NCBI GenBank assembly: GCA_964016885.1 | Contig: OZ024748.1 | Span: 38,874,001 to 38,938,000 of the forward strand | Reading direction: 5' to 3' | DNA length: 64,000 bases | From: Eledone cirrhosa | Taxonomy: Eukaryota | Part shown: one piece after another, positions 45,391-59,095 of the stretch | Position numbering within the stretch: the stretch's first letter is position 1 | How the letters are laid out: every line of letters begins with the position of its first letter | Program-made: the position numbers and the translations under genes | The notes under the pieces: model-generated | Told to the model about the DNA's origin: nothing | The model's input: the letters and a program-made list of their open reading frames with translations, nothing else | Database searches by the model: none

Positions 45391-46005
45391 CATACATATA
45401 TACAAATACATACGCATCCATATATGCGTATATACATACAAACACCACTACACTCTCACACAACTCAGACATACAAAGAAAAAGGTATACATATACATAT
45501 ATACACACATTAATAGAGATACATACACACATATATATATATATATACACATACATTTATATATATACCCACACACACATACAACCATAAACACACATAC
45601 AAACACATACATACACACATATATATACATATATATACACACACACAAAAACACACATACACATATATATTTTTACACATACATATACATATATATACAT
45701 ATACACACCCTCACATATATATATATACACATAAGTTATATTATAATAATAAATAATATATATATATACACATACGAATATATATATACACACATAGATA
45801 TACATATTCATATATACACACACACACACACTCACATATATATGTGCGCACACGTACATATATACACATACACACATATAGACATAAACATATACATGTG
45901 CATACATGTACATACACACATATACCCACATAGATACGAAGATAGACATATATATAGAGAGACATACATATACATACACATATATACATACACATACATA
46001 CACAC

Positions 46006-46036
<31 letters not shown>

Positions 46037-46825
46037 TACACGCCCACACATATATACACATATACACACATATACATATATATACATACACATATATATA
46101 CACATGCATATATACACATATATATATATATACATATATATATACACACAATCATACATTCTTATTTTGCATGCGCATATATGTATTTTTATACTCAGAT
46201 ATAAACACCCAAACATATATACACCTACCTACATATATATTCATACATACAAGCTTACAAACACAGATGATAATAGTATGGGGGAAAGGGGGGGGGGAGA
46301 AGGGGATTATAGTAAATATATGTTTCAAGAAACATAGAATATTAATCTGTATTTGGATCTCAATATATGTTTTTACATAGTTTCAGTGTTAGGAAATGCA
46401 AGAAATAAGGCAAAATTATGCATTTCAAAATAAGTATACCATTAATTATATGTTAACTAAACTAAAGAAAGTTAACATATTGATTTCTAAGGTGTAAATT
46501 AGTTAGGTTTATAATATTTGAAGCAGAATTTTGAAGTTAAATAGTAGTAGAGTATTAATTATAGTATAACTAAATTAAAGTTATTAACGTTATGGTATCA
46601 ATATTAGGAAATGAATTTAGTAATAGGGAAAAAACAAATAAAGTATTACATCGGTAGTAGAATATAAATTATAGGTTAACTAAATTAAAAATTATATATT
46701 AATTTCTATAGTATATGTTAATTAGGTATATAATAAATAAAACAGATATTGTATTTTATCAATAGCAGAATATAATTATATGCAAATAGAAATCAAAATT
46801 AATACATATACATATACATATACAT

Positions 46826-46866
<41 letters not shown>

Positions 46867-49428
46867 TACATACATACACATACATATACATACATACATA
46901 TACATATTTTTTCAAAAATTGCAAAGAATATATTAACTAGGTATACATCCAAAACACATCCCATTCTATGATTACATGACACTCTGCAATCCGTCTGTAT
47001 TAGGATACTAATTTTAAGCCAATTAAATTAAATTTTTAGGTTGACTAAATTTAAAACCAAATTATAAATATATTTCTAAAATGTATGTTAATTAGTTAGG
47101 TCTATAATACTAAAAATTATTTCTCTGTCATTGGATACACGATATTTTGTTATATTTTATCTGTAAAGGAATTTTAATAAAGGGTTAAATAAATTAAAAT
47201 TAATCTATAAATTAAATTACTAAGTATATATTAGTAATATTTAAAGGTTTTTCACAATTTATGATTACACAATATTTTATATTCTCATCTGTAGTAGAAT
47301 TTTAATTAAATTAAATTTATAGGTTAACTAACATTTAAATTAAATTATATATTAATTTCTAAAATAATGTTATTAATTAGGTTTATAATATTTAAATGTT
47401 TTTTTTAGTTTATGATTACACGATATAATTAATTCCTGTCGTTTATTTAATAGGATATCCTTAGATTTCATTATTTCAAATAGTTCTTGGGAACATAATC
47501 TACATTCATTTCTATTATTTTGATAAGGGGTGGCTCTTTTGAGCACACTCCAGGTCAAATCATATTCTATATTCTTATTTTTATAACTATTGATTTTTTC
47601 TGCTAGAGATGTTGTATTAGCCAGTGCGGCATTTTTAAAACTATGCTTGTGGGTATTAAACCTTGTCTTAAAATTGTTAGAAGTAGCTCCTATATATGAG
47701 CAAATAGAATCTTTAGTTTTAACATTACATTTATAGACTATGTTGTTAACAAGACAATTCCCTTTTAATGGGCAGTTTGCTTTGTTTCTACAGTTACAAC
47801 CTTTCGTTAATTCTGTATTTGAGGAGATATTATGGTTAATTTGATGTATTGGTGGTATACTTATGGTTTTCTTACATTTATATGCATTATAGGCACTTAT
47901 ATTTTGTTTTATGTTATTTGTTGTTGAGTATGAGAATTTAACTGTAGACCTATTTAAGATTTGATGGTATTTGTGGTTTGGCGGGAAGTTTTTCTCTAGG
48001 ATATAAAAAAATTTTTTAGCAATATTATCCTTAATTTGTAAATTAAATGGAGCATTATACCAAGTAACCCGTCTATTACGGTTTCTATGTTGTTTATTAT
48101 TTTTATTATTTTTATAGGTTGTATCGTGATGTTTACTAGGAGGATTAATGTTAATGATCTCACCACAACCATTTTTAGTTATATTTGTAGATTTAGGTGT
48201 TTTATCTTTTTTATTAGGAGTTTTATTATTAATATTTATTAGAGTTGTATGATGAGTAGTTTTTTGAGAGTTACTATATTTTATATTAGAAGATTTGGTA
48301 TTTTGGGGTATAGTGTGGGTGGCATTTAGGTGTGTACTTTTCATTTGGTGTTTGTTGGTAATATTAGGTTGTATGCTTTTAGTATTTTTAGTAGAAGGTA
48401 TATATTCTAATCTATTTTTGTGGCCACTTCTATCTAGAGCTTCGTTATAGAAGGTCGCATTTTTATCAAATACATCTTGGTTAGAAGAAAGGTTAGAAAT
48501 TCTAAGTGATATATTATATGCAAGGTTTTTAAGGATAGATTTAGGGTGATTAGATTGTGAGTGTATGTAATGTAAGTTTTGGTTTGGTTTATAGTAAGGT
48601 TGGTAGATACCCGTAGCTAAATCTAAAGTTATATCTAGGAAATTTACTACTTTACTTGTTTTTTCAAAAGTAATATGAAGATTATAATAGTCTTTAAGGA
48701 AAGTTCTAATATGTTTTTTGTTTTTTTCTATTTCTGAAAGGCTAAGGTTGTTAGAAAGAAGAAGACAGTCATCACGATATAAACCACCTTTAAGGTGGGG
48801 AAAGGAGGCATTTATGTTGAAAAGGAGAAAGAGGCCCACAAGATCAGTAATTTGGGCGGAATCGCTTGAACCCATAGTAATATCAAATAGATTACTATAT
48901 GTGTTTCTGGTCCAGTATTCATTCTGAAATTCAATAAGTGTTAGTCTAGCATGTGTAATAATATTAATGTCATCCAAAGTTAAGTTAGATCTATTTTTAG
49001 CAAATATCAATGCTTTCTTCAGGAGTATAGGTGATATAGAAGAATAGTAATTATCTATATCAAATTGTAGAAATGAAGCAGAAGATTTACATCTAATATT
49101 TTTAAACCAGTTAATTACCTGGGAGGTGTTTTCCCAGAGTGGTAAAATAACGTGTTTTCTTATTTGTGGGATGACTCTATCCAAAATTTTTTTGCTAATT
49201 ATTCCAACATCTGATTTGGAGGGACATATAAGTCTTATAGAAGGATTTGAGTTAAAGTTTGATTTATGATCCTTCAGGTTGAAGTGTGGTCTTTTCAATG
49301 CCAAAGGTTCAGTTCTATCTTCAATGTTTAGTTTTTTTACTATGTTGTGTGTTTTGTTGTGTATATGTGTGTATATATATATATGTATATGTTTATATAT
49401 GTGTGTGTGTGTGTGTTGTATGTGTAGA

Positions 49429-49482
<54 letters not shown>

Positions 49483-50291
49483 CTTGATATATTTCTTTTT
49501 TCTTTTTTCTTTCTCTTTTCTTTTCTTTTTATTTCGAAGTTTATAGATACATCTATAAATAAGCAGTCTACCCAAACAGTTGAATACTGACCTCTCCCCC
49601 CCTCCCACCTAATTTCTGTATCTTGATCTAAATGTGTGTGGCAGTGTTTATGTGAGTGAATTAATATCCATGTGCTTATGATAATATTATATCCACATAT
49701 ATATGTGTGTGGGGGTGTGTGTGTGTATGTATGTTCGTAATTATGTGTATGTTTATGCATATACGCGCGCGTGTGTGTGAGTGTATGGATATGTGTGAGT
49801 ATGAGAATATGTGTATACACTTATTTCATATTTATGTGTCTATACGCATTTTATCTGTGGATTATAAACTTACAGAGACATTAGCCTTAAATTTTTTGTA
49901 TTTGCATACATCTTTTTGGCATGCGTATGCATGTTGAGCATATATCTTTGTATAAATATGTGTACGGGGTTAGTTACATGTATATACACACACCAAACTG
50001 CATAAAACTTTTTGTATTTTCATTGGTCAATTTTGAACTCCGTTCCCAAACGGACCTGAAATTTTGAATTGTTGTTATTATCAATAAATATATTTCATTA
50101 TTTGTGTGTTTGGTATGTATATTTAATCTTGATAGTTTGTATAATTTTGTATAATTTTGTACATAGATCTGTTGAATATGCATGCCAATTCTAACACATA
50201 TATATCCTAGAAACGATCGTTAAATAATGAACTTTTTTTGTTTAATATAAGGAACTGTTTCATTGTTTTATTCATTATTTGTTTAATATTT

Positions 50292-50322
<31 letters not shown>

Positions 50323-50324
50323 AT

Positions 50325-50364
<40 letters not shown>

Positions 50365-50376
50365 ATATACATGTAC

Positions 50377-50470
<94 letters not shown>

Positions 50471-50486
50471 GTATATATACATGTAC

Positions 50487-50500
<14 letters not shown>
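43800..50500 (-). mobile_element. Penelope-like element, 5'-truncated, bounded by ~1-kb inverted repeats (inverted pLTR arrangement)
   Basis: ~43990-44945 is the reverse complement of ~49357-50292 (identical ORF-track peptides at 44363..44593 on - and 49707..49937 on +). The match extends into flanking TA tracts and encloses an RT/GIY-YIG ORF. Confidence 0.9.
47373..49357 (-). CDS. Penelope-like RT + C-terminal GIY-YIG endonuclease, open frame but 5'-truncated (resembles Nematis-type PLEs, from memory)
   Basis: LKDHK..RLICPSKS, FDIDNYYSSIS, FDITMGS, GLYRDD, FLDITLDL, YYKPN..SNHP, CNCRNKANCPLKGNC, VY..YIGAT..FKTRFNTH, CRLC..E. The first ~155 aa of the tracked ORF are read-through of the inverted repeat. 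Confidence 0.9.
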
Positions 50501-50532
<32 letters not shown>

Positions 50533-50548
50533 GTATATATACATGTAC

Positions 50549-50628
<80 letters not shown>

Positions 50629-50644
50629 GTATATATACATGTAC

Positions 50645-50679
<35 letters not shown>

Positions 50680-50794
50680 TATATATATATAGTGGAATAT
50701 ATGTATTGGAATCCCAATGTTCCTTTCTGCCGCCCCTCCACCCCATCACGACATTATTTACCATTCTTCCATAAGTAACATTCCTAGGATAGAG

Positions 50795-51216
50795 AACACT
50801 CCACCACCACCACCTTATAGACACACTCCACCACCACCACCTTATAGACAACACTCCACCACCACCACCATATAGACACACTCCACCACCACCACCTTAT
50901 AGACAACACTCCACCCTCACCTTATAGACAACACTCCACCCCACAGCCCTTATAGACACACTCCACCACCACCACCTTATAGACACACTCCACCACCACC
51001 ACCTTATAGACAACACTCCACCCTCACCTTATAGACACAACTCCACCCCACCAGCCCTTATAGACAACACTCCACCCTCACCTTATAGACAACACTCCAC
51101 CCCACCATCTTATAGACACCACTCCACCCCCCACCTTATAAACAACACTCCACCACCACCACCACCACCTTATAGAAGCCACTCCACCCCCCGCCTTATA
51201 AACAACACTCCACCCA
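50795..51216. repeat. C-rich minisatellite, ~24-30-bp units
   Basis: ACACTCCACCACCACCACCTTATAGAC(A) repeated about 16 times. Confidence 0.9.
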
Positions 51217-51471
51217 CCACCTTCTCCTTCACCCCATCTACGCACTGTTACACAGCACACCGCCACACCACCATTTGTTTGGTCAGTAAAGTAGTGAGGT
51301 CACACGCACACATACATACACGCACATACACGCACGTACATACACACACACATACACACAAACCTGCACACACACATACACAGTGTATATTGGATCTGCG
51401 TTGGTTTCCAGAACGACTCTTCCATTTTCTCAACGTAACAGCCTGCATTTGTGTTGAGATCTTATTCATAT

Positions 51472-51655
51472 AATTGTTTCTACTTTTGGCACATGACCAG
51501 CAATTACTCCAGTGCATTACTGGTACTTTATTTTATCGACCCCGTAAGGATGAAAGGCAAAGTTAATCTCGGCGGGATTTGAACTCAGAATGGAAAGGGG
51601 CGTAACTCTATGCGTCAAAGTATGGCATCCGACCCTCTACTGATACTGCCAATCC
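51472..51655 (-). mobile_element. Near full-length SINE
   Basis: Reverse complement of the SINE consensus from TGTTTCTAC to GATACTGCCAATCC. Confidence 0.9.
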
Positions 51656-51712
51656 TCATATAATATATTTTAGTTCTGTACATTATATAGATCACTTCTT
51701 TCTTTGATCTTG

Positions 51713-51821
<109 letters not shown>

Positions 51822-51872
51822 TTGTAATAATTCTTTACACACATCTCACTGTGTAACACACTTCTCTTTGTG

Positions 51873-51906
<34 letters not shown>

Positions 51907-52538
51907 GAAAAGTATAGAAATTGCTGTAGCGAGAAGCTAACAGTATTCCATAACATATATGCGACTATAGCGTCAAAATGGGAAAATAGTTAACATAAGA
52001 TATGGGAAAAATAATTCAGACTCAATTCAAAAAGAATCAGGATATAGATTTATCCAACAGAATTTAGGGAAATCCAGGGAAAAATCAATAGAGCCTTAAC
52101 TCATGATAAAACAAAGTCTAAAGTACTCAACCTTCAATTTGGGGCAACTTCAAATGCTCTGTATAGTCTTGAAAAGACTATTTCACGAAAACTTTCAGTG
52201 GAGATGGTCACGGTTGGATCTCGTTCCTCAGCAGAGCTCAACATGGTAACCAAGGTCTCACTGGTAATATGCCATAAAGGGAATTTAAAAGCAAGCTAGT
52301 TTAACATCATGCATGGTTATTAAACAAACACACATGTGGAAAAACAGGGCTGGTGACGTCAGAATAAGACAAATGTTTGTTTACATGAAACAACAGTCAA
52401 AAACATTCCGAAAGAAAAGTCTACAAAAGGAGTTCAGCAAAAAGCAATATCATATATATGTATATGCAAATTAGGCTGCTCAGCCGTTATTATGCATAAG
52501 GAAAGTATATACTTTCAAACGTTCAATCATCAAGGTAT

Positions 52539-52581
52539 ACGATGCTGACGATAGTTAATAAGCTTGAAACTAGTACATCGT
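52539..52581 (+). ncRNA. Minimal type I hammerhead ribozyme candidate
   Basis: ACGATG-CTGACGA-tAGTTaataAGCTt-GAAA-CTAG-TA-CATCGT: 6-bp stem I and palindromic stem III, but the stem II closing pair is mismatched. Confidence 0.65.
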
Positions 52582-52824
52582 TCCTTTGTCAGTGTTGAAC
52601 AAAAGGGCGACGATGGTTGCCGAGCACTGTGCGGTGTAATTCGGGCTGTTTGTTTACAAACAAACCGAACATTATAATAAATGTTCGGTAAACCCATACG
52701 TACATATATATATATATATATATGTGTGTGCATGTATGTATATATATATACATACTTATATTTAGGTATCAGCCGTACTAAGAGTGAGAAATGAAATTTC
52801 GTTTCATTCTTTTCCCTGTATATG

Positions 52825-52907
<83 letters not shown>

Positions 52908-52965
52908 TATATATATATATATATACAGTATATATATATATATATACAGTATATATATATATACA

Positions 52966-53009
<44 letters not shown>

Positions 53010-53132
53010 TATATATATAATATATATATAATATATATATATATGTTATATATATATTATTATATATAATATATATATATATATATAGTGACGAAACATA
53101 AGTGAATTGCATGAACTCATAATCCTTTATTT

Positions 53133-53188
53133 ACTGCTATATATATTTCGATGATAGCCATTGAATGGCTATGACCTCATCAGGCAGT
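53133..53188 (-). ncRNA. Type I hammerhead ribozyme
   Basis: Minus strand ACTGC-CTGATGA-GGTCATAGCCATTCAATGGCTATCATC-GAAA-TATATA-TA-GCAGT: complete core, stems I and II, palindromic stem III. Confidence 0.85.
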
Positions 53189-53575
53189 TAGTTAGTTCTT
53201 AGATATGCCAGCTCTGTGTTTATAGTGTTGATGGTATCAGAGCCTATATATATATATATATTATATATAACCAAAAGTTTAACAAGATTCATTGATTAAT
53301 CAATGAATATAGTTTTACAATAGATTAGAAGAACTCAACAGTTACGTTTACTGGAGTTATTAATATTACTTCAAAATATTAATAAATATAGACATTCATG
53401 TGATCAAATATATTTTATTATATATTTTATTATATATTTTATTATATATATTTCAGAGGTACTGAGCTGTTTCATCAGTACGTCCTCATCAGATAAAATA
53501 AATTGATGTCTGACATACCTCAACTGTGCTGATGGTTCAATTCTAGTTTTGGCAGATAATAATATATATAATATA

Positions 53576-53690
<115 letters not shown>

Positions 53691-53983
53691 TTATATATTA
53701 TATATTTATATATTTGATGAGATCAGTGATAATTGCTCATGGCTTTACGATCGATCTATCTCTTGTTGAAACATGTGTCGTGATTAAAATGATTGGAATT
53801 TTACCTTGTCTTCATATTTTCATTTTGATACTTATACTCCGTTTTACATCATCTAGCTGTTCCCTTAAATAGAATTGGAGATATACAAAAGCGTGGAGAA
53901 CTTAATATTGCTAACATAAATTTATTGGACCGTTTTACACAACCAATAATACACCTTACTATATATATATATATATAAATATA

Positions 53984-54049
<66 letters not shown>

Positions 54050-54081
54050 ATATATATATTATATATGTATATATATTATAT

Positions 54082-55967
54082 AAGACAGTCGACGACCCGA
54101 CATCAGGACCACCAACAAGACCCGTATGCGGAGCAAATATACTAGCAACTACAGGATCTCCTACTTACTCTCAATGGTTATACGCCCCATAATCAAGATG
54201 TCCCCAGATGTATGTGACAGTACAGAGGACCTCCTCAGCAGAATCAGTGAGTGCAACAAAAACAGGAACCTATCCAACTGCATAATAGGCAGCATGGATG
54301 TGGTGTCACTGTACCCATCCATTAACATTGATTTTGCTGTGGAAAAATGTGTGGAGATGATCATTGAGAGTGAGGTGGAGTTCTGCGACGTCGACACAGA
54401 CGAACTGGGCCTCCTACTTAGACTTACCTACGACACTGACTACCTAGACAGCCATGACCTTAGACGTTTCTGCCCCAGTAGACCAATAAGAGGTAGACCG
54501 CCCACCATAACCTCAATGGCTAAAAAGACTCCCATGGGAAGGTGGATTGGGTGGACCAAAGCTATACGGACCCCCCAAAACAATGATCAGGTAAGAAAAA
54601 TGGTCGCACATGTAATAGGGGCTAGTATCAAAACTACCCTAAAGGGCCACATATCCAAGTTCAACGAGAAGATCTATACCCAAAATGAGGGAGCAGCCAT
54701 CGGCGTCAGCATAGCTGGTGATGTTGCCAACCTTTTTATGGTATGGTGGGAAAGGAGACTTAAAGATCTCCTTAATGAGAGCTCCATAGACCTCATCATG
54801 TACTCTCGTTACGTAGACGATATCAATATAGTTATAAGAACATCCCCACTAGAGAGCACTAACAAGTTTGATTGAGAACGTAGCACAATGGAAAGCATCC
54901 AGCAGATAGCTAATTCCATACACCAGAGTATAACTGTAACTATCGACTACCCTTCCAAACACCCTAACAATAGACTACCTGTATTAGACACGGAACTCTG
55001 GATTAACACTATAGACGAGAGAGCCCAAATCCTCCACTCACACTATGCTAAACCCAGGGCCTCCAAATACCTGATACTCAAAAACTCAGCAATGTCCAGT
55101 AGTGCTAAGTTTAATATTCTGATCGCAGATTTGGTACGAGTGATGAAGAATGTGTCCCGCATGTGCGACCCAACAGAAATGGAAAGACACATCCAACACT
55201 TCATCAACCGCATGCAGTTCTCTGGCTACAACCAAAGAGACAGAGTCAGAGTATACGAAGGAGCCATGGAGAAGTATAAGACCCTCATAGAACTGGACAT
55301 GAAAGGAATTTGCCCATTATACAGGAGCAAATCATGGAATAGCTTAGATAAGGCTAGACATAACACAGGGAAAGCCACCTCATGGTACGACAACCAGAGA
55401 TACCAGAGTGTCATGTTTGTGGACGCTACCCCTGGAGGAAAATTAGCTAACCAGTGTAGAAAGGCCCTGAGAAAGACCCACTTAAAAATAAAGGTGGTAG
55501 AAAAGCCAGGAACCACCATAAAATCCCTGATCAGCAAAACCTACCCTTTTAAGAAAACCCACTGTACTAATAGGAAATGTATCATATGTAAGGTAAACCC
55601 CCGGATAAACTGTAAAACTAGAAACGTAGTCTATAGCATAAGATGTACAGAGGGTACTTGCAGAAACATGACAACAACATACATAGGCGAGACAGCTCGT
55701 AGCATAGGTGAAAGGATAGACCAACACTGGGGGGAACTAAAAGGACGAAAAAACGGTTCAGTACTATACGAACATGCCAGACAACAACACGACGGTAACA
55801 TAGACAACATAGAAATTAGAATAATATCTAAACATAGAAATGACCCAGCAGATAGGCAAATCAGAGAGGCCAGTGAAATAGAACTTAGAAGGCCAAGGCT
55901 AAACAGAAAGAATGAATGGAATAACAACAACACCCAAACAAACAACACTGACCTAAGAGAAGTATAA
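54082..55967 (+). pseudogene. Penelope-like RT + GIY-YIG ORF, 5'-truncated, with one frameshift (~54137) and one in-frame TGA (54873-54875)
   Basis: RPVCGA, SMDVVSLYPSI, QNEGAAIG, YSRYVDD, LPVLD, CxxC linker, VY..YIGETARSIGERIDQH, RQIREA..LNRKNEW. ORFs 54126 and 54888 are in the same frame. Confidence 0.9.
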
Positions 55968-56232
55968 ATAAATAAATAGATAAATAAATAAATAAATACA
56001 TACACAAGCACAATAACAACAAACACATATAAACACACACTAGTAAAGATAGAATACATTAACCAATAGACAGTCACCCAATCACGAACACACATCAAAC
56101 AATACACTATACACACACGCAAACGCATGCGCAAAGAAGACAAAATAAAATAAACAAATAAATAAATAAATATATAAACAGACTAAATAAAGATGGCGTA
56201 GAAAATACAATGCAACGGGAGGAAACAATAGC

Positions 56233-56273
56233 ACCACTGACGATGTTGCAGATGTGCAACGAAAGAACTTTGA
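56233..56273 (+). ncRNA. Hammerhead-like motif in the PLE 3' region (probably decayed)
   Basis: CTGACGA-T-GTTGCA-GATG-TGCAAC-GAAA at 56237-56264; stems I and III pair poorly. Confidence 0.55.
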
Positions 56274-56475
56274 TAAACTATATATATGTGTTTGTGTCTA
56301 TATTGTATCTGTATTATTTTTGACCGTTGGTCAGTCAATGGCAACATTGAGGTCCGAATAAATTAGATTACCGATATAAAAGACACAGAAGCGAAAAGCG
56401 AAAACCAACCAAACAGTGAGTGTGTTCTGTTATTAATTCTGGCAATATCACACAAATATGACCCTCCCCAAGTAT

Positions 56476-56518
<43 letters not shown>

Positions 56519-56525
<7 letters not shown>

Positions 56526-56721
56526 AAGTAATTAAGTCAAATATTTAAGATTTGGCCTAGTTTATTAAAGATGTACATCTTTAATAAACGAAGCCAAATC
56601 TTAAATATTTGACTTAATTACTTTATTTTACATTACTCCGGAGTAACCAAACCAACCTGCGTACTTCGTCGAGTGCCCCAATCTGCACACTGAGGTGTCG
56701 GTAAACAACAAACATATACTA

Positions 56722-56725
<4 letters not shown>
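56519..56725 (+). mobile_element. Fold-back cassette (~56519-56630) with ACTCC...GAGTGC tail
   Basis: AAATAAAGTAATTAAGTCAAATATTTAAGATTTGGC..AAAGATGTACATCTTT..GCCAAATCTTAAATATTTGACTTAATTACTTTATTT; ACTCC at 56635, GAGTGC at 56671. Confidence 0.85.
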
Positions 56726-56794
<69 letters not shown>

Positions 56795-57113
56795 CAAGTT
56801 ATTTAGAACACTGGTTTAACCGCTTTACTTCCCTCCGAAGAAGAGATATTATCTCGAAAATTAAGGACATTTAAATAAATTTAAGGTGAAAGACTAATTG
56901 TCAACAATATCTTTTACATTTGCATTTTTATTCTATGTCCATACCTGCATTGTTTTGGCTTTACAAATACAAACGTTTATACCTCATTGCACAATGCTTC
57001 AAGTGAACTATAACTTCCTCCTATAAATATATATATATATATATATGTATGTCTCAAGGCTCTGATACCATCAACACCATAAACACAGAGCTGGCATATC
57101 TAAGAACTGACTA

Positions 57114-57169
57114 ACTGCCTGACGAGGTCATAGCCATTCAATGGCTATCATCGAAATATATATAGCAGT
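57114..57169 (+). ncRNA. Type I hammerhead ribozyme
   Basis: ACTGC-CTGACGA-GGTCATAGCCATTCAATGGCTATCATC-GAAA-TATATA-TA-GCAGT. Confidence 0.85.
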
Positions 57170-57210
57170 AAATAAAGGATTATGAGTTCATGCAATTGAC
57201 TTATGTTTCG

Positions 57211-57277
<67 letters not shown>

Positions 57278-57279
<2 letters not shown>

Positions 57280-57500
57280 CGAAGGAAATGTGGTAAGGAA
57301 CCAGATGGACCATAACGCACCAAAGTACTCAATACTTAGGGTAGTAGAGTGGGTAATAGGAACCAGTAGGACCCCGACGGCTGAGCTCAAGCCGTTTCGA
57401 CGGCTAATTCTGGACGGAGAGTCCAGAATTCTGGACGCAGAGTCCAGAATTAGCCGTCGAAACGGCTTGAACTCAGCCGTCGGGGTCCTACTCGTTCCTA
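57278..57500 (-). mobile_element. Fold-back cassette (57357-57500) with left-side tail; family of 1204-1373
   Basis: TAGGAACCAGTAGGACCCCGACGGCTGAG../..CTCAGCCGTCGGGGTCCTACTCGTTCCTA; the tail is the reverse complement of 1295-1373. Confidence 0.88.
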
Positions 57501-57629
57501 TATATATATATATATGAAAGAACAAAGTCTAGGTGTTCCATAACAGATTTATTATATACTCTCTGCTCTGCATCGAGTACTGATTTTGGTACACACTAAC
57601 AGTTTTCTTCAGACTTACTGAATATTCTG

Positions 57630-57705
<76 letters not shown>

Positions 57706-58029
57706 TGTATGTATGTATGTATATAAGTATATGTATGCATATATATATGTATGTATGTATATAAGTATATGTATGCATATATATATGTTTGTATGTATGT
57801 ATAAGAGAGAGGGGGGGGGTAAATTTGACCGCTCGTTTGTCTCGGATTGTTTCAGCTTCACATCTGAAAAGAGAGTAAATAACCCTGAAATATCATGTTA
57901 ATATACTGAGTAGAATCTTACTTTCTTTGTATATATATGGTGCCCAAACACTGATTTGTAAGACTTCGCCAGGTGGTGCTATTAAGTTAGACATGGCCTG
58001 GGCCAATACTGGCCGAAACCTATCAAAGT

Positions 58030-58103
<74 letters not shown>

Positions 58104-58240
58104 GCAGAAAATTGAGCAAGACACTTTATTTCACGTTGCTCCTTCTACCGGGAGTTTCGACCGGTAGATAGTATTAGCAATTGGAAAGACCAATAGAAAA
58201 ATTGTTTTCTCGGTCCGATTTGACGAAAGTCGATCGACTG

Positions 58241-58328
<88 letters not shown>

Positions 58329-58335
<7 letters not shown>

Positions 58336-58522
58336 AGAAGGAATAATAGACACAATAAATACCTTTTTTTTTTCTTCGTCCGACTGATAAGCTGGCTTAC
58401 CTCACAACAATGTTACATATCTATGATATAACATTTTTGCATAGTGACCAGCGAAACTGTACAGTCGGGACGAAGAAAAAAATAGCTATTTATTGTGTAT
58501 ATTATTCCTTCTTATTTTATAA
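58329..58522. repeat. Inverted repeat (~58-bp arms, ~75-nt spacer) next to (TA)n
   Basis: AAAATAAGAAGGAATAATA..TTCTTCGTCCCGACTG / CAGTCGGGACGAAGAA..TATTATTCCTTCTTATTTT. Confidence 0.8.
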
Positions 58523-58701
58523 TATTTTACATAACTCTGATATTGTGTCAATTTAATTATTTCGATTATCTTGTCTCTCTTAATCAAAGAACAACATTGG
58601 TTAAGGTCGACAACATACAATCTCATATACTTGTGAAAAATATATGTTTATATATACATGTATATGTATGTATGCACATATATCTGTATACCTCTCATTA
58701 T

Positions 58702-59095
58702 TGGTGGATTGGCAGTATTGGTTGAGGGTCGGACGCCATGCTTTGACGCATAGAGTTACGGCCCTTGCCATTCTGAGTTCAAATGCCGCCAAAGTTAACT
58801 TTGCCTTTCATCCTTACGAGGTCGATAAAATAAAGTACCAGTAATGCACTGGGTAATTTCTGGCCTTGTGCCAAAAGTAGAAACAATTATTGTATATATA
58901 TATATAAGGGCGGTGAATTGGCAGTATTGGTAGCGGGTCAGACATGCTTTCCAGCGTAGTTACGTCCCTTTACGATCTGAGTTCAAATCCCGCCGAGGTT
59001 AACTTTGCCTTTCATCCTTACGGGGTCGATAAAATAAAGTACCAGTAATACACTGGGTAATTGCTGGCCTTGTGCCAAAAGTAGAAACAATTATT
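58702..59095 (+). mobile_element. Two head-to-tail SINE copies (~58702-58890, ~58908-59095)
   Basis: Both match the SINE consensus end to end. Confidence 0.9.

Larger units (their letters stand above)
54082..56482 (+). mobile_element. Penelope-like element including 3' UTR/pLTR, inserted in (TA)n
   Basis: (TA)n on both sides. The 3' region has a hammerhead core, and its last ~75 bp recur at ~40937-41010. Confidence 0.8.

Noticed and set aside
49358-49820. N-terminal ~155 aa of the 815-aa ORF as a novel domain
   Set aside because: It is read-through of the inverted repeat; the same peptide appears at 44480..44911 on the + strand.
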